A stretch of DNA of 63,928 nucleotides, the filler included, from Dicyema japonicum (taxonomy: Eukaryota > Animalia > Dicyemida), in assembly GCA_011109175.1 (NCBI GenBank). It is 8 parts of 7 records of this genome, joined end to end, with 100 filler letters (N's around TTAATTAATTAA, not from the genome) between each part and the next. Parts side by side here need not be neighbours in the genome. Positions count along the whole stretch, not along the records: positions 8,079 to 21,446 come from RDEW01000008.1; positions 21,547 to 23,971 come from RDEW01000363.1; 6 more parts are not named here. One strand, 5' to 3'. Numbering within the stretch: position 1 is the first letter of the stretch; each line of letters begins with the position of its first letter. Positions 11,700 through 23,971 of the stretch are shown here, piece by piece. Both the position numbers and the translations under genes were made by a program. The notes below the pieces were generated by a model. That model did no database searches. It saw only the letters and a program-made list of their open reading frames with translations, and had not been told where the DNA came from.

Positions 11700-13614
11700 C
11701 TCATTTGATTGAAGTGTCATTCGTTTGTTGGACAACATATCTACAACTTTCACTTTTTCACTGTAGGGAAATTCAAATTTCTCTAACTTTAGAGAGGGAT
11801 TTGTCCCATGGTCTTTTTATACGCAAACCTATATTGTCAATGTAATTAACTAACCTCACCTCCTTTCTCGAATGAGTATTTTGAGCAATGAACACCCATT
11901 TTTCTGTTCATTCTTTTGAAATAAAGAGAATTCAAATCTAATGGACAATGCAAAAAGTCAAATTCTATGAAATAATTAAAAAAATAATAACCTGGCTCTC
12001 CATTTGATTAAACGAATCACACTGTTTCAATTTGAGTTTCTAAATTTTCCCTTAACTCTCAAACCATTCACAACTGCTTCATCATTTTTTTCAATGTAGC
12101 CTACATAAGGGAGAATTGGATTAAATCCTTTGATGCCTCTGTGACGACGAAACGAATTGTCACCTAATTTATATATAAGGTCATACAACCTGTTGAAGTA
12201 TGATAACTAAGATTATAAAATTGGACAGCTTTTTTAATCAGTTTTTTCCAACATTTATTTGGATTATCCGATAACATCTTCAACAAAGTTCGAGTGATTG
12301 AATCTTTCTACAATTCCTAAAATAAAATTAATTTAATTGTATACTTTGACTACGTGGGTTGTTTGGACGTGAATGAATTTGAATAATGTTATATTTCTTG
12401 CAAATTGCAGTAACATGTGAGTCTTTAAACTCGGAGCCATTGTCCGACTGTAAATATAAACATGGTCCATAATCCATGAATATTTCCTCAAGGTTGTCAG
12501 CAACTTCCAAACTACTTTTTTTCTTTAAGCTTTTTGCAGCAGAAAATTTTGAATAAATACCAATAGCCGTTAAAAGTCACGAATAACCATCATTATACTC
12601 GCTAAATCTAGAGAATATAAAAAATTGATACCTTTTAAGATCGATTAAATCTACTCGAAATCTCTCATTGGGCCGAGTTGCGATGATATGATTTTCTTCA
12701 TCATTCCTCAAGGTTGTCAGCAACTTCCAAACCACTTTTTTTCTTTAAGCTTTTTGAGCAGCAAATTTTGAATAAATATCAATAGCCGTTAAAAGTCACG
12801 AATAACCATCATTATACTCGCTAAACCTAGAGAATATAAAAAAATTGACACCTTTTAAGATCGATTAAATCTACTTGAAATCTCTCATTGGGCCGAGTTG
12901 CAATTATATGATTTTCTTCATCAAATTCCTTAAGACTTCTGGCAAAAAGACATGTCTCACAATTGGAAACAACATCGCGAATAACATCTCTTTTCACAAA
13001 AAATATCGTTCTTTACAATATGCTTCTAGGAAGTTTTGGCCACAGTGTGTTAAATTTGAGTAGCGACAAACTTCATTTCCTCAACGTTGTCCGGAACAAT
13101 AACCAATTTATCGCCTTCTGGGTCTTTTAGATACATTCTTCCTCCTTTAAGAACGAAGCTTTTGGACCTTTTTCGAATCCTGCACATAGCATATGCAGGC
13201 ACATCAGAAAGTAAGCCTCCTTNCCTTCTGGGTCTTTTAGATACATTCTTCCTCCTTTAAGAACGAAGCTTTTGGACTTTTTTCGAATCCTGCACATAAC
13301 ATATGCAGGCATATCAGAAAGTAAGCCTCCTTCCAGAATAATTTTGAGATTATCATATTCAACAGATGTCTTAACAAACAAGCGTGACATAACAATTCAA
13401 ATTAGTATTTTAATTTTTAATTTATTAATTATTAAATTAAATTAGTATATAGTTTATAATAATTTTATACAATAAAATTAATATTTTATATTACTAAAAA
13501 TTAGAATTTTACTCCAAAAGAACAATTTTTATAGATTAAAAAAATTGAAAAATTCAAAAATTCAAAATATCGATATTGCAGGTAGCACATAATGTGCAAG
13601 TAGCGCTCGCGACA
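11700..13614 (-). mobile_element. Ginger/KRBA2-like integrase DNA transposon, intron-containing, pseudogenised
   Basis: ATG at 13390; HCGQN...CETC zinc finger; ERFQVDLIDLK, AIDIYSKFA, LQSDNGSEF, HSRPNNPRSQ, IVERFN core; introns at 12827-12851 and 12317-12344; TIR at 13567-13614. No RT or RNase H seen. Confidence 0.8.
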
Positions 13615-13674
13615 TAATACACTAGAAAATTTAAAAAATATTGATGTAGAAATTCGAGTTATAAAAAAATAAAN

Positions 13675-13950
13675 TCTGAGTCTTTTAGATACATTCTTCC
13701 TCCTTTAAGAACGAAGATCTTGGACTTTTTCGGATCCTGCACATAGCATATGCAGGCATATCAGAAAGTAAGCCTCCTTTCAGAATAATTTTGAGATTAT
13801 AATATTCAACAGATGTATTAACAAACAAGCGTGACATAACAATTCAAATTAGTATTAATAGTTTATAATAATTTTATACAATAAAATTAATATTTTATAT
13901 TACTAGAAAATTTAAAAAATATTGATGCAGAAATTCGAGTTATAAAAAAA
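13675..13950 (-). repeat. Second copy or haplotype of the Ginger-like element 5' part
   Basis: Near-identical to about 13230-13510; begins at the single n at 13674. Confidence 0.7.
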
Positions 13951-14029
13951 TAAAAAATCGTTATATAAAAAAGTTAATTTTGGCGTGGCGTCATGTGGCT
14001 CAATGGATACAACAATTTTGGAGGTGCTC

Positions 14030-14415
14030 ATAATGATCCTAAAACATATCCAAAAAGAGCCATTAGCTCTCTTCCACCGGGGATACATGTCGCTCCCGGT
14101 CGAAGGAATACTGGTCTGGCTACAGCTTACCGGATTCGCAACCTAGACAAGTCAAAGTACAGGATCTCTCATATACAATTGAAAGTGAATATCGGTTATA
14201 ATCCTCGTCATTCGGAGTATTTGTCTTGTAGTCACATCTTTCAAGGTTTCCGTCAATCTACAATGTTCAATATTTTTAAATAAACCTATCTTGAACCTCT
14301 GCGAAAAAAGAGCGCCCTGTTCCGCCCTCGATTTTTCGAAGGACCCAATACCTTTCCGCCATTGACCGCGGTTTTTGCGGTGGAAGAATTTAGACTCGTC
14401 GATTTCCACGACTTT
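14030..14415 (-). mobile_element. Merlin (ISXO2/IS1595-type DDE) transposase fragment
   Basis: VEIDESKFFHRK..RGQWR motif, followed by frameshifted remainder. Confidence 0.75.
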
Positions 14416-14479
14416 AGGTTATTATTTCTTGTGAATTTATGCTCTTGCTACCAGCTCGGACCATGTTATTCAAATTTAC

Positions 14480-14670
14480 ACAGTACATCGAACCATGCAT
14501 TTCATATGCGTGTACTTTATTTATTTCTCGCATTTTATATTACACAAACAGAGTCGACAATATAGGGCACCATCCTCAAGAATCATAAATTCTTTAGGAT
14601 AATCCTTTATAATTTTAAATCTTAACGTCGACGCTGTTTCTGGAAGCTGCTCAAGAAAGCTAGGAATAAT
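14480..14670 (-). pseudogene. Possible CGGBP1/hAT-type N-terminal zinc-finger fragment
   Basis: KDYPKEFMILEDGALYCRLCLCNIKCEK. Confidence 0.35.
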
Positions 14671-14694
14671 CAAAACTATTTTCAGTGACAATAA

Positions 14695-15150
14695 AACCCC
14701 TTTCCCAGCTTTGAAATTGTTGTACAAACAATTCATTGAGCTATCTGTCAGCTATGTCTGTACGTCATGGGGAATCAATCTGTCCTAACGAACAAACAAA
14801 AAATGCGGGACATTCATGCCTTAACAGGTACTACTATTAGTAATTTCGGTAAACTAGAAAAAACTAATACCCTCATCACTTGAAGATTTCATCAGACAAA
14901 ATAGAAAGGGATTTGCCACCCTGTGCAAGCAGTGCAACTCTCAAAAATACACAGCCACGACGTGTCTTATGAAAAGGGTATACATCACCCCTTTCCAATT
15001 CTTATTTCCGAAACCATCCCGCTCATAGAGAAGTTGTTTTGGATCCCAGAAGGCGCACGAAGAGAAAATGAGAATTCTGATTGAGAATCTCGAGGTCACT
15101 TAATTTAGTAATTAAATTAACTATTGGTGTTCTTGGGTTAATAATAATAA
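14695..15150 (+). mobile_element. LINE family B, second 5'-truncated copy
   Basis: Visibly colinear with about 9063-9630 and has the same TTCTTGGGTTAATAATAATAA end. Confidence 0.85.
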
Positions 15151-15189
15151 TTATTAAATTTTAACTTTTTTAACTTTGTTCGCCCTAAT

Positions 15190-15790
15190 GATGACTGCCC
15201 GAGGCTAGTGAGATTCCTTCTTGCAGAAACAGAGTTAACTGTAAAAGTTGGCAAATCACCGAATTTATATGCGCAAATGATGTGAATTTTGTGTCCATTA
15301 ATAAGGATTTGCTCGAACTCGTGGTACGTAAAGCAGAGATATCACTCGCAAAATGGAATCTAAAGATAAATCTCAGCAAAACAGGCTATGTACAAATTAG
15401 AATCACAACGTCAAAAAATAATGACAATTGAGATACAAAAAGAAACTTATTTAACTGTTGGGAGACTTGGAAAATATCAGCAGGAAAAAGATGCTAAATA
15501 CGAAGAAGGATCTGTCTCTAGAAATGTGGAATATGTGGATACGACTATCTTCTTTAAAAAAATGTGGAATATTTGGATACGAAGAAGGCAAATCTCTCTG
15601 GACTAGGACTAAAATTGTATAACACGTTTATCCGTTTAATCCTATTATACAACTCGGGCACCTGAAGACAAGTAAACAAGAGATGGATAAACTTGACACA
15701 TTTTATCGGCGACACCGTATGACATTTCTAAAAATACAATGGCCGTAGTTAAATATCAAATAAAAAATTATACAAATTATAATCATTTTT
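15190..15790 (+). mobile_element. RTE-like LINE RT/C-terminal remnant
   Basis: LLAETELTVKVG, DDVNF-like motif, LKLYNTFIRLILLYNSGT, DKLDTFYRRH, KIQWP. Confidence 0.7.
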
Positions 15791-15949
15791 GGCCATATTC
15801 AGTACAAGGTATGCGTAATATTAGAAATCGTCGACATTTTTACTATTTATCTCTGTTGATTAGCGGTGCCGGTTCTAATATAAATCATTTTTGAGATGTT
15901 TTCTAACTTTTTAACTTTAACAGTTTTATTAGCAAGGAAAATAAAAGAG

Positions 15950-16500
15950 GGAGTTATTTGGCCTCATGCCGCAAGTCCTGCAAACGCTTTGACTCTACTC
16001 TGCGCTCTTAGACCCCTCTTATCGTTTATTATGTGCTGCAACATACGAGTCAATGATGGTATCTCTTTTTAGGAAGTTTTCCATCCTTTTTCTGCTGCAT
16101 CTCTTATCGATATTACTAGCAAATTTTCATCTATCTTCCCGTCAAGCCTTTTGTGTAGGGAAATCTTGATCCCTTCATCTAGCATTTTTCATGAAGCAAG
16201 ATAAAACGCTCTTTGTATGCAGTATAATACCATCCTTCCAGTCCATAAAGGAGTGATGGAATGATCGTACGTGAAAAAATAAATAAAAGCATATCCGTTT
16301 TGAGTCTCAATTTCCTCATACACAATATCGCAGTGGCTTTTTTTTGATTTTAAAATGGAACATTGTGCTCTCAGATTTCTCAAAAGCTGTTCAGAGATAC
16401 TTCAAGGAGCTTACAATGTTGATTTCGCATACGGAGTTTTTCTGATTACCTTTACCATTCCTACCGAGGAGGATCATTGCACTAGAACACATTTTGGAAG
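15950..16500 (-). mobile_element. Decayed LINE C-terminal remnant
   Basis: EINIVSSLKYL and IIPSLLYGLEGWY in broken frames. Confidence 0.35.
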
Positions 16501-16808
16501 GTGATCTGATATGATGGCAAAAGTCTCAGTCCATTGAGGTTGACAAAAACGTTTTCTATCCGTTTTTTTACTTATTGTCTTATTTATAGACATCATTTAA
16601 AAGCCAAATACAGAATTTATGATTAAATAGATTTTAAACTTAAATTATGATAAAGTATGACATAAATTAAATAAAAATAACAAAAAATTGACTATGATAC
16701 AAAATATAGTGTAAAAGATACGTAAAAACAATTTGGGAGAAGAACACTATTTTTATTGTAAATGTAAGTAATCATTTGCGATAATTGAAAGAGTCATATC
16801 AAAAACTT

Positions 16809-16851
16809 AAAGAGCCACTGTGGCTCTAAAAGCCACGGTTGACGACCCCTG
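16809..16851 (+). mobile_element. Solitary hAT right terminus
   Basis: GAGCCACTGTGGCTC...GGTTGACGACCCCTG followed by CTCTAAAA (close to the NTCTAGAN target preference); resembles the inverse of the CAGGGGTCGGCAAC end at 33425. Confidence 0.6.
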
Positions 16852-17119
16852 CTCTAAAAAACTCAGATTAACCGAGATTTGCTGGTTTTACTTGATATCT
16901 GCTGGCTTCTTTCAAGATAGTTAAATTGAGGTGACTTAACTAACAGAAACTCACGTAGCTGGTTGCCTATTCCTTGTTGGTTTTCCTTCACAAGTAAAAT
17001 CGATCGAGGCTTAACTAATCGAAACTCTTCTAGGATGTCTAATTACTTATTGGTCGTCCTTCAACAGTAAAATCGATTAGTAAATTTATTAATTCTACGT
17101 ACAAACAGTTAAAGAACAC

Positions 17120-17560
17120 CTAATCTAGGGTGCTCGAATCGTCAGGTTGTTCTTCTGACAATTGCTATCAAGATACTTTCTCGAAGCCATCCAATATAAC
17201 GTGAATCCTAGGTGACTTTCTAGACTATTAAGCAGATCTGAGTAGATCGTCCGTTCGTGGGCAATGGATTCCTGACGTTTTACTAGCAAATGAGACAAAC
17301 ATGTGATATTTCGAAATGCTTCAATACATCATTATCTTCTGATTTCTGTTTGCTTAGAAGTATTAGTTGGGGAAGAGACTGAAGCGGTCAAATTTTTCGA
17401 AGAGTATATATCAAAACACGAAGCCAACCACCACATCTTCCACTTTTTTGGATATAGTGTTTAAATATTACGAAATTTAATGTTGAATCTAACCATCTGC
17501 TTAGGTGGTTGATCTCTTACTGCGAAGATTCGGATTTTTCTGGATGGTATGCTCTCTTAA
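17120..17560 (+). mobile_element. RTE-like RT remnant
   Basis: Degenerate FSKP..YNV..P.GD segment; nucleotide similarity to 48470-48650. Confidence 0.5.
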
Positions 17561-18119
17561 TGATATCATCAGGAAAGAAGAAAATGTGCAAGTATAATCT
17601 CTTGGAGATAAAGAATCTCAATTTTGTGTATATAAATGAAATTCTAAAGTTACATTAATATCTCCTATACATAGTTGATGCTCAATTGTACGGCAACTAG
17701 ACAGGTCTATGATTCTATTCTAAATCCTCAGGGATCTTTTGACATAGGTGACAAACTTTTTGCCTGCTCTTGTCGGATAACATAGTGAAAGAAAATTTGT
17801 AAGCTAAATTTCTTGATAAAGCAAATTTTATATACGAATACGAAATCGCAAAGTTGCATAATTTCCGTGGATTTTCTTCGCATGGTCGAACAAGATTTTT
17901 TTCAGTGTTATCAAATATAAACAGGACGTTTTCAAGCAAGAGGAGGATAATTCATATTAGCTATAACTTCTCCTAGACACGACACAAAATTTATTTTAGA
18001 AAAAAACAGTTATGGTAACTAAAAAAAAAATTTTCCGCGTGGCGCAATGTGGTACTGCGTGGTTAATTGATTTAATTTTTCTGCTTGCTTGTCTGTTCCT
18101 TCTCTTTCTTTCTAATAGA

Positions 18120-18352
18120 GTGGCGTCATGTGATCCACCTGTCTAGGTGACGCCCAGTGCCAGGCCTGCATGAAAAAGGATCATTTGCTCTCCCCCACTC
18201 CACTGGAGGGGTTTCCACAACTGTATGTAATGGACGTCTTACCCTTTATGTTGATTCCGAATGGAATCTGTTTCTATAGAAGTGGAAACTGGATTCACTT
18301 AATTAGTAGCTTAATTTAACTTCGTTCTCGGTGTATCCGGGGTTAAAAAAAT
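18120..18352 (+). mobile_element. 3' end of an I/Ingi-like LINE
   Basis: GDAQCQACMKKDHLLS (CCHC-like), then CACTTAATTAGT and GGTGTATCCGGGGTT with an A tail. Confidence 0.5.
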
Positions 18353-18477
18353 GTCGCATGTCATAGCGTCCGGGCAGTTGATACTGTCCAGGTTGACAAG
18401 ACAAATTTATCACTTGAAAACATAAACAACCACTAAGTTTTGCTTTGAGAGATCTGTCCGTTTTTCCCTTAAAAAAC

Positions 18478-18750
18478 AAAAAAATTTTATTTTGAGTCAA
18501 TAAAGCGATTAAGAGTGAAAAGGGATGAAAATAGAAGAGGTCGAAGGATCGGTCCATTTTTCCATCAAAAAGCAAAAAAAATTATTTTGAGTCAATAACG
18601 CGATTAAGAGTGAAAAGGGACGAAAATAGAAGAGGTCGAAGGATCGGTCCATTTTTCCATCAAAAAGCAAAAAAAATTATTTTGAGTCAATAACGCGATT
18701 AAGCGTGAAAAGGTTTAAAATAGAAGAAGAGGTCGAAAGATCGGTCCCTT
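18478..18750. repeat. Tandem repeat, about 95-bp unit, about 3 copies
   Basis: GAGTCAATAA marker recurs at 18494, 18589 and 18684. Confidence 0.85.
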
Positions 18751-18999
18751 TACATTAATTCACAAATCTGGGAAAATACTCCTGATGAGGAACACGTTAC
18801 TTGATAAAGAAGACAGGAAACGTCCAAAATAGAAGTTAAGCCGATTCCCCCAAATCTTGTATAAGTCTAATGTTATCGAACTGGAGATTCGCAATATTTA
18901 CAATAGACTTGGTTGTAAGACTGTCGAAATTCTCTATGCTTTCCAAAAATAGGTTGCAAAAAAAGAAGCGCCCCAAAAATATTAATCTTGGATAAAAAA

Positions 19000-20030
19000 G
19001 AAAATTTTTCTGGGAAAAAAAACCAAGAATGGGAGTCAAGCTTGTGCAAATAAACCGAGGCTACACTAATTTCCGANCTGCCAAAGAAAAAAGAAGTGGA
19101 CCAGGAGGATCACCTTGTTGGATCCCAGTCGATGAATTAATGAGTCCATCACTAAAACAAAATGGGCTGGACTACCATATGCGAGGTTCATAATGTGGAT
19201 AATTCTCGGGAATTCTATTCGTTCATCAGCCATGTCTGTATGATTCTCGATGATAATTTCTTCCACCCTCTCCTATTCAATGACATGCTCCACAGACTAC
19301 TGAGATTTTAATCGTCCCTTAGTTTACTGATCTCAGGTCACCAATCAGCACTTCAGGAGGCGCTGTACGCGAACGACCTCGGAACTTTTTAATTAATTCT
19401 TCCAAGATGATGTTTGTAGGCTTTGAGTGTCCAGAGACTGTGAAGGTCACCAATAAACATCTTCCCCCTTTTGTAATGGACTTGTCTTGCCTGCCATAAA
19501 GGATGATTCACACTAAAGTCATTAAAAATAATCACATTTTCCAATGAGAATCTGGGAGCACGGGAGAAGCAGGGACTTAAAAGCGGGAGATATTTGACTA
19601 ATGTTAGAGAAAGTCTGGGGAATCGGATTTTGATTACCACAAGTTCGAGATTNGCGGGAGATATTTGACTAATGTTAGAGAAAGTCTGGGGAATCGGATT
19701 TTGATTACCACAAGTTCGAGAGTAGCACAGTCATGAAGCATAGTGTAGACATAGTCACTGATATCCTCGTACGAAATTCCGTTACGAATGACAGTAAGAA
19801 AACCTCCGCCAAGTTTCCCACGTCTGTCACGGCGAATGACAGTGAATCCTAAGAATCTTTTTGTTGCATAGATGGTAGAAAGTTTTGATTCTTGAAGTAA
19901 TCATACGTCGATGTGGAGTTTCTCAAAATAGGTCCGAAGTTCAGGTGTTTTACTCTTGATTCCATTTACATTCAGTTGAACTATCCTAGCTGGTCCAGTT
20001 GGCTCGACATCCCCAGGGTTTGGCTCACAT
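19000..20030 (-). mobile_element. APE-type LINE family C, 5' part (endonuclease)
   Basis: RIVQLNVNGIKSKTPEL...LLQESKL...RRDRRGKLGGGFLTVIRNGI...NDFSVNHPLW. Confidence 0.85.
19991..20029 (-). other. Rearranged 2A-like motif ahead of the LINE C APE domain
   Basis: CEPNPGDVEPTGP; restoring 3 nt (ACC) gives GDVEPNPGP, and the upstream EPNPG is a local duplicate. Confidence 0.65.
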
Positions 20031-20724
20031 AACTATAACTTAACTAATTTAAAATTTTATTAATTAACAATGAAAATTAAATTTCAGTAAAAAATAATTT
20101 ATAGCTTTTAGCTGTTTAAGAAATATCTAAATGTCTACCACATATTGCTACTTTCACTATGCTGTGGTCATTTAAAAGCATACGCAACTCGAGAAAGTGT
20201 CAACATCATTTTATTCCACTTGTTCCTGTCATAAGTAAGCTATGTTTCTCCTCTAAATCTTCAGGAGGTTTCCCTTCAGAAATATCGGTAAACTGGTTCT
20301 TGTAGTCTATGGATTCATGAAGCGCATAGAAGTATTTCATGGCAACATTAGATAGAGTTCATAGGCTTATTCTTAATGTACATCTAAAGAGCCTCTATCC
20401 AACTTCACTAATTTCAAGATTGGCGAGGACCTCATATTCTGGTCACATTCTGCCTGATATACAGATTTGATGTAAATTATAGAGTAAGGAAAAAGATCAC
20501 GATAGTTAAAGTTCATCTAATCAAAGACCTTTTCTTAATGTACATCTAAAGAGCATCTATCCAACTTCACTAATTTCAAGATTGGCGAGGACCTCATATT
20601 CTGGTACACATTCTGCCTGATATACAGATTTGATGTAAATTATAGAGTAAGGAAAAAGATCACGATAGTTAAAGTTCATCTAACTGGAATTTATAATTAT
20701 ATTTATTATATCAGGCAATACTCG

Positions 20725-20749
20725 ACGGGCTGTAGTTTGGTAACTCCTG
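20725..20749 (+). mobile_element. Solitary hAT right terminus
   Basis: GGGCTGTAGTTTGGTAACTCCTG followed by TTCTAAGC. Confidence 0.45.
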
Positions 20750-21546
20750 TTCTAAGCAGGGTTGTGTGTCTGCCACAAAAGGATCATGAAGCTCATATAA
20801 TCTCTAGATACAATCTTTTACTGTTTTAGCTTTAAAATGAAAATCTAATTATGAAATCATAATTATTTTTAATAAATTAAAATAATACTGGTTATTTTAC
20901 TGAGTTTAACGTACGGCTTCTGAGTGTAACCAGAATTTCCAGTTTTTTGGAGGACAGTGATTCCCCGCTTATGCCTAAACAACAATACCGTGAACCAGTA
21001 CAGAAACCCTTGATACTTCTTCCCTTCAGCTTTCTGGGGTACAATGTGTCTACCGCACTCACGACGCTGCTTGAAGGATAAAGGGAGTAGATGCACGTGG
21101 CGTCCCATATTAAATAAAATATTAATAGATTTGGAAATATTATTTTATTTTTAAATATTTTATTACCTTTTTTATCGAATATAAAATTTATCATTAATAG
21201 TGTTAATTTCGTGGAATTGTGCATATAATAATAAAATAGCGCAGCAATTCAAATGTACTGTGTGCTTGTATTGTTTGTTATCTCTACTGATTGTGAAAGT
21301 ATTACATATAAATATCACAGATATTCATAGATTTATGAGTTTCCTTAACGAATACCCAATATTCTCCAAAGAATATTTTGTAAACTGTCAGTGTCAGATG
21401 TACAAATATAACGAATACTACGAAGGAAGAAGTAAGTAGAGTTATANNNNNNNNNNNNNNNNNNNNNNNNNNNNNNNNNNNNNNNNNNNNTTAATTAATT
21501 AANNNNNNNNNNNNNNNNNNNNNNNNNNNNNNNNNNNNNNNNNNNN

Positions 21547-21800
21547 GATTCAAAATGTAAATCTCGTTGATTATATACTTATTGAATTTTCCATTCTTGT
21601 CCCGTTGTATTTTTTTTGATGGCGTAAGTAAATTTTCTTTTAAATTTACATTCATACAAGCCAACCTAAAATATATAGCTAGAACAATGAAATAAGTATA
21701 AAAATATATTCAATTTATACATCTCCGAAGTTTCCATTCCCGAGATCTCTGATTTTTGTAAAGTCATAAATCTTTCCTCTAATAAATAGTAAGAATTGAA
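21547..21800 (-). pseudogene. Protein kinase N-lobe, cut by gap
   Basis: YDFTKIRDLGNGNFGD|intron|VGLY...YAIKK...INEIYILN; one +1 frameshift in an A8 run. Confidence 0.7.
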
Positions 21801-22399
21801 TCGTTTACTCTTTCGAATTCCAATGCAATATTTTTTTAGCGAATCTAATTTCTTTGATATTTTTGAATATATATAGCTATAATTGAACCACGGATCGCGA
21901 TAGAATGATTGGAATTTGTGTTCTTTATGCTGAGAAACGGTTGTTTGAATACACCCCTAAAATATATTTGGAATAACTTGCTTACCATTTGTTTTTTTGT
22001 TAATGTCAAATTTCTCTTTTTATATTAAAGAAGATATTCTTTTCACGTACATTGACTAATATTTTTCTTCTTTTTTATTAGTCAGGAAATTTTTTCCAAA
22101 TAATTTGAACTTACATATAAAGTTGATTTTTAAATAAAAGATTTTTAACTATTCAGAAAATCTACAAATTAAAGGCACATGAAAAAATTCTTTAACAGCC
22201 ACCCTTCATTTTGAACGATAAGGCCTTAGTCTCAAAAATAGCGAGATTAAATTTAACGAATTATTGGATGAATAAATAAAAAATATGGAAATCTAATTAA
22301 TTATAGTTATGATAAAATTATATGATCCATTTTTTTCTTGTCTAACATGAAATCATGATTTTTTGAATGAACGATTAGTTAAATTCACTAATTAATAAC

Positions 22400-22980
22400 A
22401 TATTAAACAGAGAATTACTTCCGACTATGGCCAACAAGATTCTCTATGAGATTTCGTTGTCGTGACTGGTCTCCAGTTACTATAGAAATGTGGTTCTAGA
22501 TAAACATAAAATGGTCTTCTGTCGGAATTTCATTTCAAAATCTAAAGTCAGGATAATTACCCTTAGTTTATTCAAATTACTAAAAAAATTCTAAAATTGA
22601 CAATAACTAAAGAAAAATATTTCACTCATCACTTGCATTGACAAAAACGCAAGTACAGGGAAAATGATTTATTTTCTCAAAAGAAAACTACCTTTAAAAA
22701 AATGGAAATACAACTTGGGATGCTCAACAAGTACTAACAGAAAAGTTTCAATTACTGGATACTGATCACCAGTAATGAAGTCCAAAATGTTATTAAAGCA
22801 GCCCGAATCTCCAGACTCAATTGCCACCATATTATAACATCTGGACTCCCAGGCAATAAAACTTATAATAATCATGTTTAGCCTATCAAAACAAACACCA
22901 TTCCGGAATCTAGAAAAGGTCTTATATAACAATTCTCAAACCAAACAAAACTCATAGCAAATCGTCTTCTTACCGATTTA
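22400..22980 (+). mobile_element. LINE linker and RT N-terminal remnant
   Basis: ITSNEVQNVIK, SPDSIAT..HL..QAIKL...FSLS..NTIP, ILKPNK across frameshifts. Confidence 0.6.
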
Positions 22981-23139
22981 TTATATTCTTTGTGTTTCTA
23001 TTTTCAATTGTTGGATTAATACTTGTTCTTAGGATTTTTTTTCACAGCCTTTAGGATTCCACATAATTTCAGGCCGGATGAGTGAGAGATTAAACATTAA
23101 TTCTATTAAAAAAACAATAAACAAATTTAAATTTATGAA

Positions 23140-23971
23140 TTATTAAAATCAAAAAAGAAAAATATTTTAATTTTCAACATTATGACTTTGATAAGGAGGA
23201 ATCATTGTCTTACTTCGAATTGCTTCAAAATCCAAAGACTAATATGTAATAAAAAGTAAAGCACCTCAAAGAAAGGGTGGGCGATTATCTCTGTGACTCC
23301 TTCTTTTGAATTTCCTAGACGGTCGTTTTGGATCTTTCTTCAGAAGCTAAAATAGAACAGGTATGAATTACTTTATAAAGGATATTACGAGCTATAACAT
23401 CTACAGGACGTGGAAAATCAATTTCTGAATAAATAATTTTTTTACCCAGTTGTTTCCTTGGAATGGGTACTAATGAGTTGAAAACACAATAATTAACTAT
23501 TCTGTATAACATGGAGTACAGACAGACTCCGAATGCCCAAAAATTAATGGATCTTGTGTATGGCATGCATTTAATGATTGCGGGAGCCATGTAACACGGG
23601 GTCCCCTTATATTCGATGGTTTTCGAATTCCATTCCATGTTGGTTTTAAAAACCCAAAATCAGCCAGTTTGGGATATCCTTCTGAGCCAGTAAAATGTTT
23701 TCCAGTTTTAGATCACTGCTGAATTATAAAAATGAATGTACCCGTGAACGATGTCGTTCTTGTGAAGAAAGGACAGGCCCAAGAGAATGCATGCTCCGTA
23801 GAATTGGCATAGCTTATCAGAGATATGATTCTTTGAAAGCAACGATCGTAAGTCCCCTCCTGCCGCGAATTCCATTACTATGTGTGTATGATCCTACAAG
23901 TATTATGAAGAGGGATACTCGAAGATGATAAACTCCGTGCAAGTGCAACACAAAGTCATTTTCTCAACGAA
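23140..23971 (-). pseudogene. AGC-family Ser/Thr kinase, C-terminal part, disrupted
   Basis: VMEFAAGGDL, FYGACILLGLSFLH, HGDLKLENILL, KLADFG, GTPCYMAPA, FWAFGV; HRD>HGD, APE>APA, frameshifts and stops; 26-nt intron inside the HGD codons. Confidence 0.8.

Noticed and set aside
18325-18352. piggyBac termini (TTAA-CCC) at 9616, 10957, 18345 and 43808
   Set aside because: They are never paired as TIRs, no piggyBac transposase is present, and each is followed by a simple-repeat tail at a LINE 3' end.
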